Below, piece after piece: positions 1-9,872 of a DNA stretch of 64,000 nt. Both the position numbers and the translations under genes were made by a program. Under the pieces are notes generated by a model. The model was given only the letters and a program-made list of their open reading frames with translations. It ran no database searches and was not told the origin of the DNA. The stretch is from positions 147,435 to 211,434 of the forward strand of contig JAWXAY010000029.1 of assembly GCA_034439715.1 (NCBI GenBank), in the 5' to 3' direction. This DNA is from Pseudomonadota bacterium (GTDB lineage: Bacteria; Bdellovibrionota; Bdellovibrionia; Bdellovibrionales; SG-bin7). Within the stretch, counting starts at the first letter, position 1, and every line of letters starts with the position of its first letter.

Positions 1-95
1 AACAGGTGGGGGTTGAAGGTAAAAAATATATTGTGACGTTCTGTACTTCGCTCACAGATTTTGCTTTTGGCAAAACGGAGTGATAAGCTTTCTCC

Positions 96-749
96 ATGAA
101 GAAAATCGCCATAGTGTTGTCAGGTTCGGGCCATCAAGACGGCACTGAGATTACCGAAGCCGTCTCTACAATTATTACTTTAAGTCAGCTGGGAGCAGAA
201 ATTTATTTCTTCGCACCTAATATTGATCTCGAAGAGGTCAATCATCTCACTGGTAAAAAAACAGGTCTTAAAAAAAATCTGATGCAAGAGGCCGCCCGCA
301 TTGCGCGTGGCCATGTAAAAGATATTAGAGACCTCAGTGCTAAAGATTTTGACGGCATGGTTTTTCCCGGCGGAATGGGGGCTGCTCTAAACCTTTCAAC
401 ATTTGGAGAAAAGGGCGCCCAGGGCCAAGTGGAGCCTCAGGTCAAACGCGTGATTGAAGAATTTCACCGTGAGTCTTTACCCATTGCAGCTGTCTGTATT
501 GCCCCCACCTTGTTGGCGCTAGTTCTAGGAAAACATCACGTTTCGATTACAATAGGCTCAGACCAAGAGACTGCCCAAGAACTTGAAAAAACCGGAGCTA
601 AACATGTAAATTGTTCAGTGGATGATTTTGTTACTGATCGCGAAAACAAATTGGTTTCAACGCCTGCATATATGTTCGGTGAAAGTAAACCGAATGAGGT
701 TTTTAAAGGCATCAGTGGTTGTATGAAAGAATTTTTTGAAATGGCCTAG
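96..749 (+). CDS. elbB: ElbB glyoxalase (DJ-1/PfpI family)
   Basis: KKIAIVLSGSGHQDGTEITEAV, PGGMGAALNLS, CIAP and STPAYM motifs. Confidence 0.92.
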   Translation: MKKIAIVLSGSGHQDGTEITEAVSTIITLSQLGAEIYFFAPNIDLEEVNHLTGKKTGLKKNLMQEAARIARGHVKDIRDLSAKDFDGMVFPGGMGAALNLSTFGEKGAQGQVEPQVKRVIEEFHRESLPIAAVCIAPTLLALVLGKHHVSITIGSDQETAQELEKTGAKHVNCSVDDFVTDRENKLVSTPAYMFGESKPNEVFKGISGCMKEFFEMA

Positions 750-1042
750 TTATTTGAGGCAAATACTCTAAAAGTCGCACGGCAGTCTTGTTTTACCCAA
801 ACATATTTTGCGCTGTAGCCCCAACTTACATCTTCTTTGCATTTTTCGTCTGAGATTTCAAAATCAAGGTCGGCCCGTTTAATCATACGATCTATATAAC
901 ATTCCAAGTATTGACTCTCATGACTTTCGCAAAAAACGACCTGACCGTTAGATGCCAAGCGCTTTGACGCAGAGTGGCTTATGTGTCCAACTGTGCTGAT
1001 TGCCATAACCACAATAACTAAACTAACAAATTTGTAACTCAC
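746..1042 (-). CDS. Small secreted DUF3011-like Cys-rich protein
   Basis: Hydrophobic N-terminus from GTG 1042; CES..C..C...SWGY...VWV..CRATF pattern; start uncertain (ORF is open to 1078). Confidence 0.6.
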   Translation of the reverse strand: MSYKFVSLVIVVMAISTVGHISHSASKRLASNGQVVFCESHESQYLECYIDRMIKRADLDFEISDEKCKEDVSWGYSAKYVWVKQDCRATFRVFASNN

Positions 1043-1074
1043 GAATAGATGAATAGCTTGGGAAGTATCAGAAA

Positions 1075-1764
1075 TCAAACCATATTTAACATGTGTTTAT
1101 AAACTTCCCGCTCTGGGATAAAACAAACACCCGTTCCGAAGCGATCATCTGTCTCGCCCTCTTGAGAAATCCAGACGACCTTGGCATGCACCGATCGGAC
1201 TTTTTTTAAATCACTTAGCTGAACATCCACCCTGACTAAATCGCCTACTGCAAAGCCCGGTGAATCAGCACACTGCAGATAAGCTCCCGTACGCGAAACA
1301 TTAAGCATTCTCGAACTCGTTTTGCCCTCTGAACCAAAGGACTCGATTTGGGTGGGAGCATCGGTATGGTAGCGCTCATGATGCCTTTGTGAAACAGATT
1401 GCTCTAGAATGTATTTTTGAATGACTCCAATTAAATCATTTCTTCGAACTGGTTTTTGTATAACGGTTGATTTGGTAACCTTCTCAGTTTTCTTGAGAAG
1501 CGAGTTTTCAAGCGTAGGCGCCAAAACCACAATGGCGCTGGTGTTACCCAAAGTTCTTAGGTCCTTGGCCATTTGTAGTCTTTGCTGTGTCACTGTATCA
1601 AAGTTTAGGATAATTACCGACACCGAATTCAAAACTAAGTACTTCATCATATCGGATTCGGTTAATACGGTTTCTACAGTGACCTCTTGAATGCTATCAA
1701 TAAGCTTCTGCTTAATGAGCTCAGATTCCTGCACGGCTGTACTAAAGATAAGGATTTTGTTCAT
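1075..1764 (-). CDS. Atypical receiver domain + PilZ domain protein
   Basis: REC-like N-terminus (KILIF...IQKP); C-terminal QRHHERY and NVSRTG PilZ motifs. Confidence 0.85.
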   Translation of the reverse strand: MNKILIFSTAVQESELIKQKLIDSIQEVTVETVLTESDMMKYLVLNSVSVIILNFDTVTQQRLQMAKDLRTLGNTSAIVVLAPTLENSLLKKTEKVTKSTVIQKPVRRNDLIGVIQKYILEQSVSQRHHERYHTDAPTQIESFGSEGKTSSRMLNVSRTGAYLQCADSPGFAVGDLVRVDVQLSDLKKVRSVHAKVVWISQEGETDDRFGTGVCFIPEREVYKHMLNMV

Positions 1765-1770
1765 ACTTAC

Positions 1771-1797
1771 TTATCGGACTTTTTTCTATTTCATTGA
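1771..1797 (-). promoter_or_regulatory. sigma28 (FliA)-type promoter
   Basis: TCAA-N15-TCCGATAA on the minus strand, 6 nt before the ATG at 1764. Confidence 0.7.
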
Positions 1798-1886
1798 GAA
1801 AAAGGGCCAAAAGTCAGAAGATATAGTGACCTATAAAACCTCTGTATAAATGATCGACGAAATTTTTTGAATTACTCGAATACGAG

Positions 1887-2813
1887 CTAGATGTCCCGTG
1901 CCAACTTGATCACTCGGTCTTTGACCTCAATCGCCAACACCGTAAAATCCCGTGGCATATCTGTCTCATTTAGATACTTTTTGATCTGAAAAACCACCTC
2001 ATTACGAACCTCATGCACATCCTTAGAAATAACATTTAGCACGGTTCGATAAAGCCGCTCTTCTCCGAATGGCTCTCCGTCTTTTTGTATTTCCAAAAAT
2101 CCCTTAGAACAAACGATTAGTCGGTCGCGGGGGTTAAGCTGAATTTTCTTTGTCTGAGGTCCGGTGGTGTTTTTATTAGAAAAGGCCTCGCAGGTTTTAC
2201 CAAGTCTATTTAGTTTGTTTCCTAAATAGTCATAGTGAAGAACCAAAATGTCACCCGCAACGACATACCCAAGCTCATGCGTGCTGCGTTCGACTTGTCC
2301 ATAAAAAATATGACAGTTATTTTCACCCGTGAGAGTTTCCTTGAGCTGCTCACTTATTGTTTTCATAACTTCGCTGGGATCCGAGCCCTTCCTGGCCTTC
2401 ATCGACCCTGATAGCCTAAGCAAAAGTGAAAGTAAAAGGGCTGAGGATCCGTAACCCGAAGCACTTGATAATATCACTCCAAAGCGGGATTTACTTTCGT
2501 GCTCGAAAACATCAAAATAATCTCCTCCAGAAATTCGGCTTGGGACAAACTTAAAACTAAACTCAAACCCCGGAATATGAGGAAATTCTGTGGGAACCAT
2601 TTGTTTTTGGATTACTTGTAGGATTTTTATCTGGTCTTCCATATGGCCGGTCAAACTTCGTAGGGTTGCAGCAGCCTCTTCGAATCTTGATTTATATAAC
2701 TTAAGATCAGAGTCCTTGACCAATAGCTCCTTCTCTAGGGCTAGAATTTGCTCTTTTAGAGCCTCTGATTCGACTTTATTCATTAAAAAATTGTCGAGCT
2801 CTTGCCGTCTCAT
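1887..2813 (-). CDS. SpoIIE/RsbU PP2C-family phosphatase-like protein (degenerate active site)
   Basis: Coiled coil then IQKQMVP...PSRISGGDYFD; start probably ATG 2813 (or 2783). Confidence 0.8.
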   Translation of the reverse strand: MRRQELDNFLMNKVESEALKEQILALEKELLVKDSDLKLYKSRFEEAAATLRSLTGHMEDQIKILQVIQKQMVPTEFPHIPGFEFSFKFVPSRISGGDYFDVFEHESKSRFGVILSSASGYGSSALLLSLLLRLSGSMKARKGSDPSEVMKTISEQLKETLTGENNCHIFYGQVERSTHELGYVVAGDILVLHYDYLGNKLNRLGKTCEAFSNKNTTGPQTKKIQLNPRDRLIVCSKGFLEIQKDGEPFGEERLYRTVLNVISKDVHEVRNEVVFQIKKYLNETDMPRDFTVLAIEVKDRVIKLARDI

Positions 2814-2837
2814 TGTCAAGCCAGTTACCATTAATAT

Positions 2838-3671
2838 ATGGCGATAAATCTTAAAGTCGAAGATGACATGCAAATCGTGGTTTTTTCTGGACCACTTGCC
2901 GAGTTCGAAGCTCAGGCATTAAGGCTAAAGCTCGATCAAAAAATTACCCAGGGCCGCACCAAACTTCTACTCAACATCGCTCTTTTGGACATGAAGCCTG
3001 AGGCCATAAATAGTATTCTCAGTTTTGTCGACTATGCAGAACAGTTGAAAGTATCAGTCGCAATTGCTGGGCTTACCCCTGAAACTTGGAATCTCGTCAA
3101 CTCCACTTCCGGCCGACGAATTCACAAGTTTTATACTTCCGAAGAAGCGATTAGCCATTTAACCAAGACGAACTCTAGTTACTCAGTTGCTCATTCTAAT
3201 CCGGCCCTGAAAAACCTCTCCACTGAAGCGCTCGAGCTTCTAGAACAATATGAAGCCAAACGCCAGAAAAAAAACTATGACCCCTTTCGTTTAAATCGGT
3301 TGCGAGAAACCTATAAAACTAGCCCCAACAAATCTCATATTAAGCAATTAGAAAATGCGGTGGCAGAATGTGCTAAGTCGCGATCGGAGAACGGTGCCCT
3401 CGAAAAAGATCTCACCCAGCTTTCACAAGAAATGCTACGCCTTACTGAGCTACGGCGCAGCCCAGTTCACTATGATGAAATAGAGCTACATACTAAGAAT
3501 CTAAATAAATTGTTCACTGTTGTTAAAAAGGACATTCAAGAAATCAAAAATCAGATCCTAACCACTACTATTATTTCGACCAATTATAGTAATCAGGTAA
3601 AACTGGTAGCCCAAGAATATCTAAAGTCAATTGCCGAGTTAGAAAATAAATTATCTGCCCTTAAGAACTAA
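2838..3671 (+). CDS. STAS-like domain + coiled-coil protein
   Basis: N-terminal IVVFSGPL...KLLLNI...FYTSEEA STAS pattern; heptad-rich C-terminus. Confidence 0.6.
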   Translation: MAINLKVEDDMQIVVFSGPLAEFEAQALRLKLDQKITQGRTKLLLNIALLDMKPEAINSILSFVDYAEQLKVSVAIAGLTPETWNLVNSTSGRRIHKFYTSEEAISHLTKTNSSYSVAHSNPALKNLSTEALELLEQYEAKRQKKNYDPFRLNRLRETYKTSPNKSHIKQLENAVAECAKSRSENGALEKDLTQLSQEMLRLTELRRSPVHYDEIELHTKNLNKLFTVVKKDIQEIKNQILTTTIISTNYSNQVKLVAQEYLKSIAELENKLSALKN

Positions 3672-3674
3672 ATG

Positions 3675-4295
3675 CTAACTGTCTTTTCCAGAACCAAACT
3701 GAAAAAATCGGGACAAGTCAAATTTGGCTTGACGATAAAAAGGCTGGTTTTTTAAATAAACCTTTAACACTCTTAGATAGAGCACGAATACTTCTTCAAT
3801 AGATTTTCGTTCAAACGCATCCACTCCTAATTTTCTGTCTCGAGCAATTTGAGCATTAATTTTTGATAAAATTTCTTCGGCAGTTAGTATTTTCTTGTCA
3901 ACCACGTCGACAAAAAAAGCTTTTCCCTTATCCACAAACTTCAAAAGGCTTAAGCTCTTTGTTGAAACAATATCCAATTTAACGTCTACTTCTTCACACA
4001 TCTGTTTAAAAAGAATTGAAACCGTGACCGCGCTGCCGCGCTTCTTATTAACGACACTTTCGATCAACACGTCAGAAACATCTCGGACTCTTTCCATCGA
4101 GTGAGCTTTGATCTCTTTGTGTTCAAACATAAACCAAATTGATTTTTTTAAGCGCTCGAGCTTATCTTCATAAGAAAGCGCCGCCGTTTTTAGTTCATAC
4201 GTCATAAAATTAAGCTGCCGCTTAAGAGCGTCTTTTTGACACTTTGGATTTATGAACTCATTCACGCGTACTAAAAAATCTGTCATTCCCGTCAT
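3675..4295 (-). CDS. SirB1/transglutaminase-like family protein
   Basis: LIESVVNKKRGSAVTVSILF resembles the Transglut_core2 motif; last gene of the men operon. Confidence 0.6.
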   Translation of the reverse strand: MTGMTDFLVRVNEFINPKCQKDALKRQLNFMTYELKTAALSYEDKLERLKKSIWFMFEHKEIKAHSMERVRDVSDVLIESVVNKKRGSAVTVSILFKQMCEEVDVKLDIVSTKSLSLLKFVDKGKAFFVDVVDKKILTAEEILSKINAQIARDRKLGVDAFERKSIEEVFVLYLRVLKVYLKNQPFYRQAKFDLSRFFQFGSGKDS

Positions 4296-4930
4296 ACCTT
4301 TTCACACCCTACACCATTTTGTTTAAAATGTGAAAGGTACATGTCGTACCGCACCGACTTACCCTTAAATGAGTGGTTCATTAGCTCTGCCAGTGGCTTA
4401 CCTTTTGGCGGCCTTTTTACGACGACGCGGCCCTTTGAACATTTAATAGACAAAGCTAACAGATTTGTACTCCCTAAGTCTTCACCCACGATATCTTTTA
4501 AGATAATCATTTCCTTTTTCGGAAGTGCGGATTTTGTTCTGTGAGGATACATCGGATCTAAATACACGACATCTGGAAATTCCTGCTCTGGAAGATTTTT
4601 TAAAATCTCGCTGGCATCACCCAGCACTAATTTAAATCGCAAAAATAAGGGACCTAATTTTTCATCGCTTTTTGCTCTCTGAACCGCATCACTTAACAAC
4701 TCAAAAATAACTGGGGATCTTTCTATGGCCATAACTTCACATCCAAGACCTAAGAAAAATAAAGAGTCTCGGCCCAGGCCGGCCGTAGCATCGATAATTT
4801 TAAGTGCCCTGCCTTTAAAGCCAATAGCTTTAGCCAATAGCTGTGTTTTCGAAAATGCATTTTGTTTTTTTAATTTTTTATAAAGCGAAACAAAATCGAT
4901 AGAAATATCGCTCTCGTCTTTTTTTTGCAT
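4292..4930 (-). CDS. rsmJ: 16S rRNA m2G1516 methyltransferase RsmJ-like
   Basis: DATAGLGRDS, DVVYLDPMYP, RVVVKRP and RYDMY motifs. Confidence 0.88.
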   Translation of the reverse strand: MQKKDESDISIDFVSLYKKLKKQNAFSKTQLLAKAIGFKGRALKIIDATAGLGRDSLFFLGLGCEVMAIERSPVIFELLSDAVQRAKSDEKLGPLFLRFKLVLGDASEILKNLPEQEFPDVVYLDPMYPHRTKSALPKKEMIILKDIVGEDLGSTNLLALSIKCSKGRVVVKRPPKGKPLAELMNHSFKGKSVRYDMYLSHFKQNGVGCEKV

Positions 4931-5976
4931 TAAAAAATAACACTTAAGGCAAATAGTAAAGTTATTGAAAAATGAATTCGATAACGGTTGGTAAGGAGTT
5001 CGTTTAGATGAGATGAAACATTAGATTTTGCCCAAATTATTTTAAAATACACCCACTTAATTAACAACACTCCTAACAGCCAAAAAACAAATGAGGTGGG
5101 CCCCTTGTCAATCTGAAATAATATCATCCACCAACTCAAAGCTATTCCCAACAAAATCAAACAAGCTATAGGCTTTGCACGATCATAGCCAAATAGTGTA
5201 ACAAGATTTTTGATCCCCGCCTGACAGTTATTCATTACTTCGCGCATATTATTAATATGAATAGTAAACGTCGCTAATAGGCCCGAAAAGACTCCCAAAA
5301 TAATAATCTCATTCTTAATTGGAGATGAAACTGCTATGGCGTATCCCAGTACTAACAATGGACCTGCCAACAAAAATATCGTGAGCTCTCCTAGACCTAA
5401 ATACTTTAAACCCATGCGATTGGACGAGAACTTAAGAACTCCAACAGCGGCCAGAAAAATTACTGGGAGTAAACTGCCAGGTGCCTTATAAATAACTACC
5501 AAGCCAATAAGCAAACCCATGAGTAATAGAGAAACTCCCCAGTTGTACAGGTCAATGGCTCGCATCCAACCTTTTTGAATAGCATGGATGGATTCCAGTC
5601 TATCAACACCCTTGAGATGGTCATAATAGTCATTTAGCAAATTCATTGAGGCATGTAACAAAAAGACCGACACAAAACTCAGAACCGCCAAATACTCAAT
5701 AACGGCCACCCCTGTTACATTAAGCAACACAAGTGCAGACAGCACCGGTCCCAATGAAAGACAAATAGATGAGAGTCGCAAAGTCTCCCACCACAACAAG
5801 ATTGTGCGTGGACGCTTTACGTTTTGAACGGGTACAATCTTAAAGGTAACATATTCTTTTTTAGAGTTCACATTCAAAGATTTCGTCGGAATGGCTCTGT
5901 GAGAAGTAGAAAATGTTCCCTCCAAGTGAGAGAGGAAGCGGTTGTCGGCTCTATCTAACGAAATGAGTTGATCCAT
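4930..5976 (-). CDS. UbiA/MenA-family prenyltransferase paralogue
   Basis: NLLNDYYDHLKGVD motif, KYLGLGE, multiple TM segments. Confidence 0.8.
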   Translation of the reverse strand: MDQLISLDRADNRFLSHLEGTFSTSHRAIPTKSLNVNSKKEYVTFKIVPVQNVKRPRTILLWWETLRLSSICLSLGPVLSALVLLNVTGVAVIEYLAVLSFVSVFLLHASMNLLNDYYDHLKGVDRLESIHAIQKGWMRAIDLYNWGVSLLLMGLLIGLVVIYKAPGSLLPVIFLAAVGVLKFSSNRMGLKYLGLGELTIFLLAGPLLVLGYAIAVSSPIKNEIIILGVFSGLLATFTIHINNMREVMNNCQAGIKNLVTLFGYDRAKPIACLILLGIALSWWMILFQIDKGPTSFVFWLLGVLLIKWVYFKIIWAKSNVSSHLNELLTNRYRIHFSITLLFALSVIF

Positions 5977-5996
5977 TAATTTTTTTCCATATTATT

Positions 5997-6938
5997 TTAA
6001 GTCCTTCGCCAATAAAGCTTTTGAGAGACTGTTCTTAGTTCCTTTATTAAGCCCAATTGAGATTCACTTAAAAACCCCTCAAGGCGGTGTAAATGATGAT
6101 CAAACAGTTCAATAAGGGCGGTATTGATATTATCAAAATCTTCGACCGCACTAAAAAAATACTTCTCTCCTAATAGACTGTAGACTTCGGGCATCGATTG
6201 ACATTTCATAAATTCAACACGCTTGGGCTCAGAAAAATCCTTCATGAGAAACGCAGCAAAAGAATTTAAATAGCCGGATTTTAAGTCACCCAAAACAGCC
6301 TTCTTCTCTTCATTACGAATATTAAAATCTAGGAGGTCATCACTTCTCTGAAAAATCTGGCCCAGGATTGTGCCCATTTCTTCAAGGTGATGGTGCAGAT
6401 TTATGTCATAATTTTCGTTGCAATAGAACGGGGCCCGCAACGACCATTTAAATAACGATGCCGTTTTTAGATTATGTACCCGATCCAAGGCTTCGAGTTC
6501 GACATTGTGATCTTTAATTAAAGAGTCCTGTATCCACTCACCTTCCAGCAAATCAGAGATAACTTCACTAGTATATTGGACAAGGCGGATATTGCCGTTC
6601 TTAGATAAGTTTACCATCACTCTCGCCAGCAGATAATCTCCAGCAAGTACGGCGTACTCAGGTGTGTATTTAAGCCAAGCTGTGGTTTTATTACGACGTA
6701 GATGTGAGCGATCAATTAAATCATCATGTAAAAGCGAGGCGTTATGAATGAATTCGATAGTTTGTGCCAAAAGTAAAACCTGTTTTTCGCTGAGCGGAAG
6801 ATACTTCGTGGTAAGTCGGATAAGGCGAGAACGCAAACCTTTGCCGCCAGAAAACAAATCATCATAGATAGAGCTAAGTTTTGGCAAATAGGGCGGAAAG
6901 TCCTTTTCGCTGTATACTTTTAGATTTGTTAAATCCAT
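5997..6938 (-). CDS. Polyprenyl diphosphate synthase
   Basis: GGKGLR, SLLHDDLID..RR, KTASLF and FQRSDDLLD motifs. Confidence 0.92.
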   Translation of the reverse strand: MDLTNLKVYSEKDFPPYLPKLSSIYDDLFSGGKGLRSRLIRLTTKYLPLSEKQVLLLAQTIEFIHNASLLHDDLIDRSHLRRNKTTAWLKYTPEYAVLAGDYLLARVMVNLSKNGNIRLVQYTSEVISDLLEGEWIQDSLIKDHNVELEALDRVHNLKTASLFKWSLRAPFYCNENYDINLHHHLEEMGTILGQIFQRSDDLLDFNIRNEEKKAVLGDLKSGYLNSFAAFLMKDFSEPKRVEFMKCQSMPEVYSLLGEKYFFSAVEDFDNINTALIELFDHHLHRLEGFLSESQLGLIKELRTVSQKLYWRRT

Positions 6939-8011
6939 TGTTTGCCAAGCTCCGAGCGATCTAACTGACTGACAATCGACACCCTTTTTATTCGTTCATA
7001 GGGCGCTGAAATTTCGTTATATTTTTCAACTAGCAGTCTGATCTCAGTATCTGTCCCACTAGTAACCAACTCAATTTGGTGCCCTAGCCGCTCATCTAGT
7101 TTAGCAATAACTTCGGCATCTCCAGTAAACTCATTACCAAATATTATAGACTGCCATCGATCCCGGAGAATATTTAGGTAAACCCCTTCACCAGAAACTT
7201 TAACAAATTCGCCTAATCTGCCCAACGGCTTTAGATAAGGCAGATTAATTTCACCCAAATCTTCAGTGACAAACCAACCATCGACTTTTGGATCGATAAA
7301 CGGAGGGCTTCCATCTAAAAGCGAAATATATCCAGTAAAGAGGGAGTCTCCCTTTAAACTTAAGGTTTTGTCGGGACCAACCTGCACTTGTAAATGGTCC
7401 AAAATCCTAAGCTTTGGGATTTCGGTTTTTTCGAGTGAACTTAGTTCAGCCGAAGCGATTTGCGAACCACTCTCAGTCATTCCAAATGTGGGCAGCACGG
7501 GCCAACCTAGCTCACGGGCCGCAGTATATAGAGTTGGGCTTAAATTCGCGCCACCTACAAAAACTGCTCGCAAAGATTTTGGTGCAGGCATTTTTTTACT
7601 AACTAAATCAAAAATCTGAGTCGGCACAAGACTCGCAAGTGTTCCTTCCCAGGCTTGCGTCTCGATAACAAATGTCTCAGGATCCCAACCACCATTGACC
7701 TTCAGACCACTAAATATATTGGCTCCCGATAAAAATGCTCTAGCACCTATACTGAGCCCCCCCACATGAAAATCTGGTAGAGCTTGAATCCAAACATCAT
7801 TGGCATTGCTATTTATGTGAGAATTTACCGCTTGAGCAGAACTCAATAGGGCAAATTTTGAGAGACCTACAAGTTTAGCTTTTGCCGTCGTCCCAGAGGT
7901 CGGCACCCATATATGACCTGGCCACTGTCTAATATCGATATTTCTTGAGTCTGACCCCAATTTTGGATTTTGCACTAAATGAGACTCTAAATTTTTCCAG
8001 TTAATTTTCAT
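6929..8011 (-). CDS. menE: o-succinylbenzoate-CoA ligase
   Basis: TSGTT, FGMTE and TEDLG adenylation motifs; men operon context. Confidence 0.85.
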   Translation of the reverse strand: MKINWKNLESHLVQNPKLGSDSRNIDIRQWPGHIWVPTSGTTAKAKLVGLSKFALLSSAQAVNSHINSNANDVWIQALPDFHVGGLSIGARAFLSGANIFSGLKVNGGWDPETFVIETQAWEGTLASLVPTQIFDLVSKKMPAPKSLRAVFVGGANLSPTLYTAARELGWPVLPTFGMTESGSQIASAELSSLEKTEIPKLRILDHLQVQVGPDKTLSLKGDSLFTGYISLLDGSPPFIDPKVDGWFVTEDLGEINLPYLKPLGRLGEFVKVSGEGVYLNILRDRWQSIIFGNEFTGDAEVIAKLDERLGHQIELVTSGTDTEIRLLVEKYNEISAPYERIKRVSIVSQLDRSELGKQWI

Positions 8012-8987
8012 AAATAGGTATCCAACTTTCTTTTTCTAAAAGGTCGCCAAAACCAATTCCAATATCGGTTTGTGGTACTAACCAGGGGCCCCGAGAATTT
8101 ATTCTTTCAAAATAAGGATTTTTTTCAAAAACACTATGACTAACAAGTCCATTATCAAGCCGTTTAAAATCTGCCGGACACAGAGCCGCGCTTAACGCTG
8201 CAAAGGACTGTCCAACAGGATGATCTAAGTAGGATGTGAAAAGGTATTTTATTTCTAAATTTTTAATTTTGGGTAGAATCAAATCTGCGTTCTCTTTAGC
8301 CGGCTTAATGACGGCAACACTGTATCCTCGCTCTGAATCAAGGTGAGTATCGAGTTCTCTATCTAAAGCTAACGGGACAAGTTGTTCAGCCCTTAGCCAG
8401 TCAAATTCATTATAAATAAAGGGGTCTTCAACAAACTCAACTCTTTTTTGTATTTCGTTTGGTAGCGCTCGCCAAAACTCATGAAATACGCCTTGAGCTA
8501 GAGAGTTATTAAAATCAAACCGCAATCTTGTTTCACAAAGAGCAAATTCTGAAATTTTAATTAATGAGTCGAGTTCCAACTTCAAGTTGCGCCCCATCTT
8601 GAATTTAAAACTATCAAATCCACTTTCGACGGCTTGTTCAAAAACTTCGCGAGTAAAATGCTCAAAAGAAAGTACCAAAAAATGACTCTTGGGAATACTA
8701 AGTCCCTCAAACAATGATTTATTGCTTGTTCTGGCTTTGGCATCGAGTTGGGCATGGTAAATTGACTGATGCATTTGTGAGGTGAATTGACCCTGGCGAA
8801 ATAAACTAAGTTGCTGTTCAACTGGCAAATCGCCAAGCTCAATTGACGGGTGTAAATCAGAATAACCAATCCCGCAGTTCATTTGTTCAATCCTAAGAAG
8901 TGCCCCACTCCTATTCAGTTCTCCACCCTTTGAATTCGGAAGGTGTTTTAGCTTCAATAGATAAGGGGAATACCAAAGTTTCGTCAC
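8001..8987 (-). CDS. menC: o-succinylbenzoate synthase
   Basis: Enolase-fold KFK, RFDFN, EDP and LDRE motifs; context. Confidence 0.85.
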   Translation of the reverse strand: MTKLWYSPYLLKLKHLPNSKGGELNRSGALLRIEQMNCGIGYSDLHPSIELGDLPVEQQLSLFRQGQFTSQMHQSIYHAQLDAKARTSNKSLFEGLSIPKSHFLVLSFEHFTREVFEQAVESGFDSFKFKMGRNLKLELDSLIKISEFALCETRLRFDFNNSLAQGVFHEFWRALPNEIQKRVEFVEDPFIYNEFDWLRAEQLVPLALDRELDTHLDSERGYSVAVIKPAKENADLILPKIKNLEIKYLFTSYLDHPVGQSFAALSAALCPADFKRLDNGLVSHSVFEKNPYFERINSRGPWLVPQTDIGIGFGDLLEKESWIPIYEN

Positions 8988-9856
8988 AGTACAAATCCCA
9001 CGCTCAAAAATATTCCAAACAAAAGATGCAATTTTGCGGCTTGCCCAAGAAAATCATTAAATTTGGTGGACGGATCAGTTTTATAAACCTCTGCAATTAA
9101 TTTGCATCCCATGGGCAGCAGAACCATTGGCAAAATGCCGGCAATCCAAAGGCCTTTTACTAACCAAAAAGCGTTGATAAAAAATGGCAACGACACCAAT
9201 ACCGCAATTTCTCTGCGAGCAAAGGTTTTGCCAAAGCGTACTGGAAGCGTTTTTTTGTGGGCTCTAGCATCACCGTCGATATCGCGCAGATTATTAATCG
9301 CAATTAAAACGCTGCAAAGTAATCCCACTTGTAAACCTGCAACAAATGCCGAAGCGCTAAACTTTCCAGCATGAAGAAAAAATGTACCGGCCACAGCTAC
9401 GAGACCGAAAAAAACTATAACAAAAAAGTCTCCCAGTCCCAAATAAGCGAGGGGATAAGGCCCCGCGGTGTAGGCATAACCACACAACAATGAAGCAATA
9501 CCAATAACTACTATTGTTAAACCACCCGACTGGATTAAAGGAATCCCAAATAGTACAGCGATAACAAAGCTAAAAACTCCCGCCCATAATACCGACTTGT
9601 ATTCTATCAAGCCGGCCTGAGTGACGCGAGTTGGTCCCAATCGATCATGGGTGTCGGCACCTTTTTTAAAATCAAATGCGTCGTTCAGCAAGTTAGTGCC
9701 AACCTGAATAAAGAGTGCGGCAAATAGCGCACAGAATGTGAGAGTCCAACGAACCTCAAATGATGAAGTAAAAACCAAGGCTGAGCCCACAAGCACAGGC
9801 ACCACGGCCGCCGTCAAAGTTTTCGGACGAATGGCGCTGATCCAAACGCTAATCAC
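8984..9856 (-). CDS. menA: DHNA polyprenyltransferase
   Basis: WISAIRPKTL, NLLNDAFDFKKGAD and NNLRDIDGD; start set at a GTG just after the menB stop (approximate). Confidence 0.93.
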   Translation of the reverse strand: MISVWISAIRPKTLTAAVVPVLVGSALVFTSSFEVRWTLTFCALFAALFIQVGTNLLNDAFDFKKGADTHDRLGPTRVTQAGLIEYKSVLWAGVFSFVIAVLFGIPLIQSGGLTIVVIGIASLLCGYAYTAGPYPLAYLGLGDFFVIVFFGLVAVAGTFFLHAGKFSASAFVAGLQVGLLCSVLIAINNLRDIDGDARAHKKTLPVRFGKTFARREIAVLVSLPFFINAFWLVKGLWIAGILPMVLLPMGCKLIAEVYKTDPSTKFNDFLGQAAKLHLLFGIFLSVGFVL

Positions 9857-9872
9857 TCTATCACCACACACC

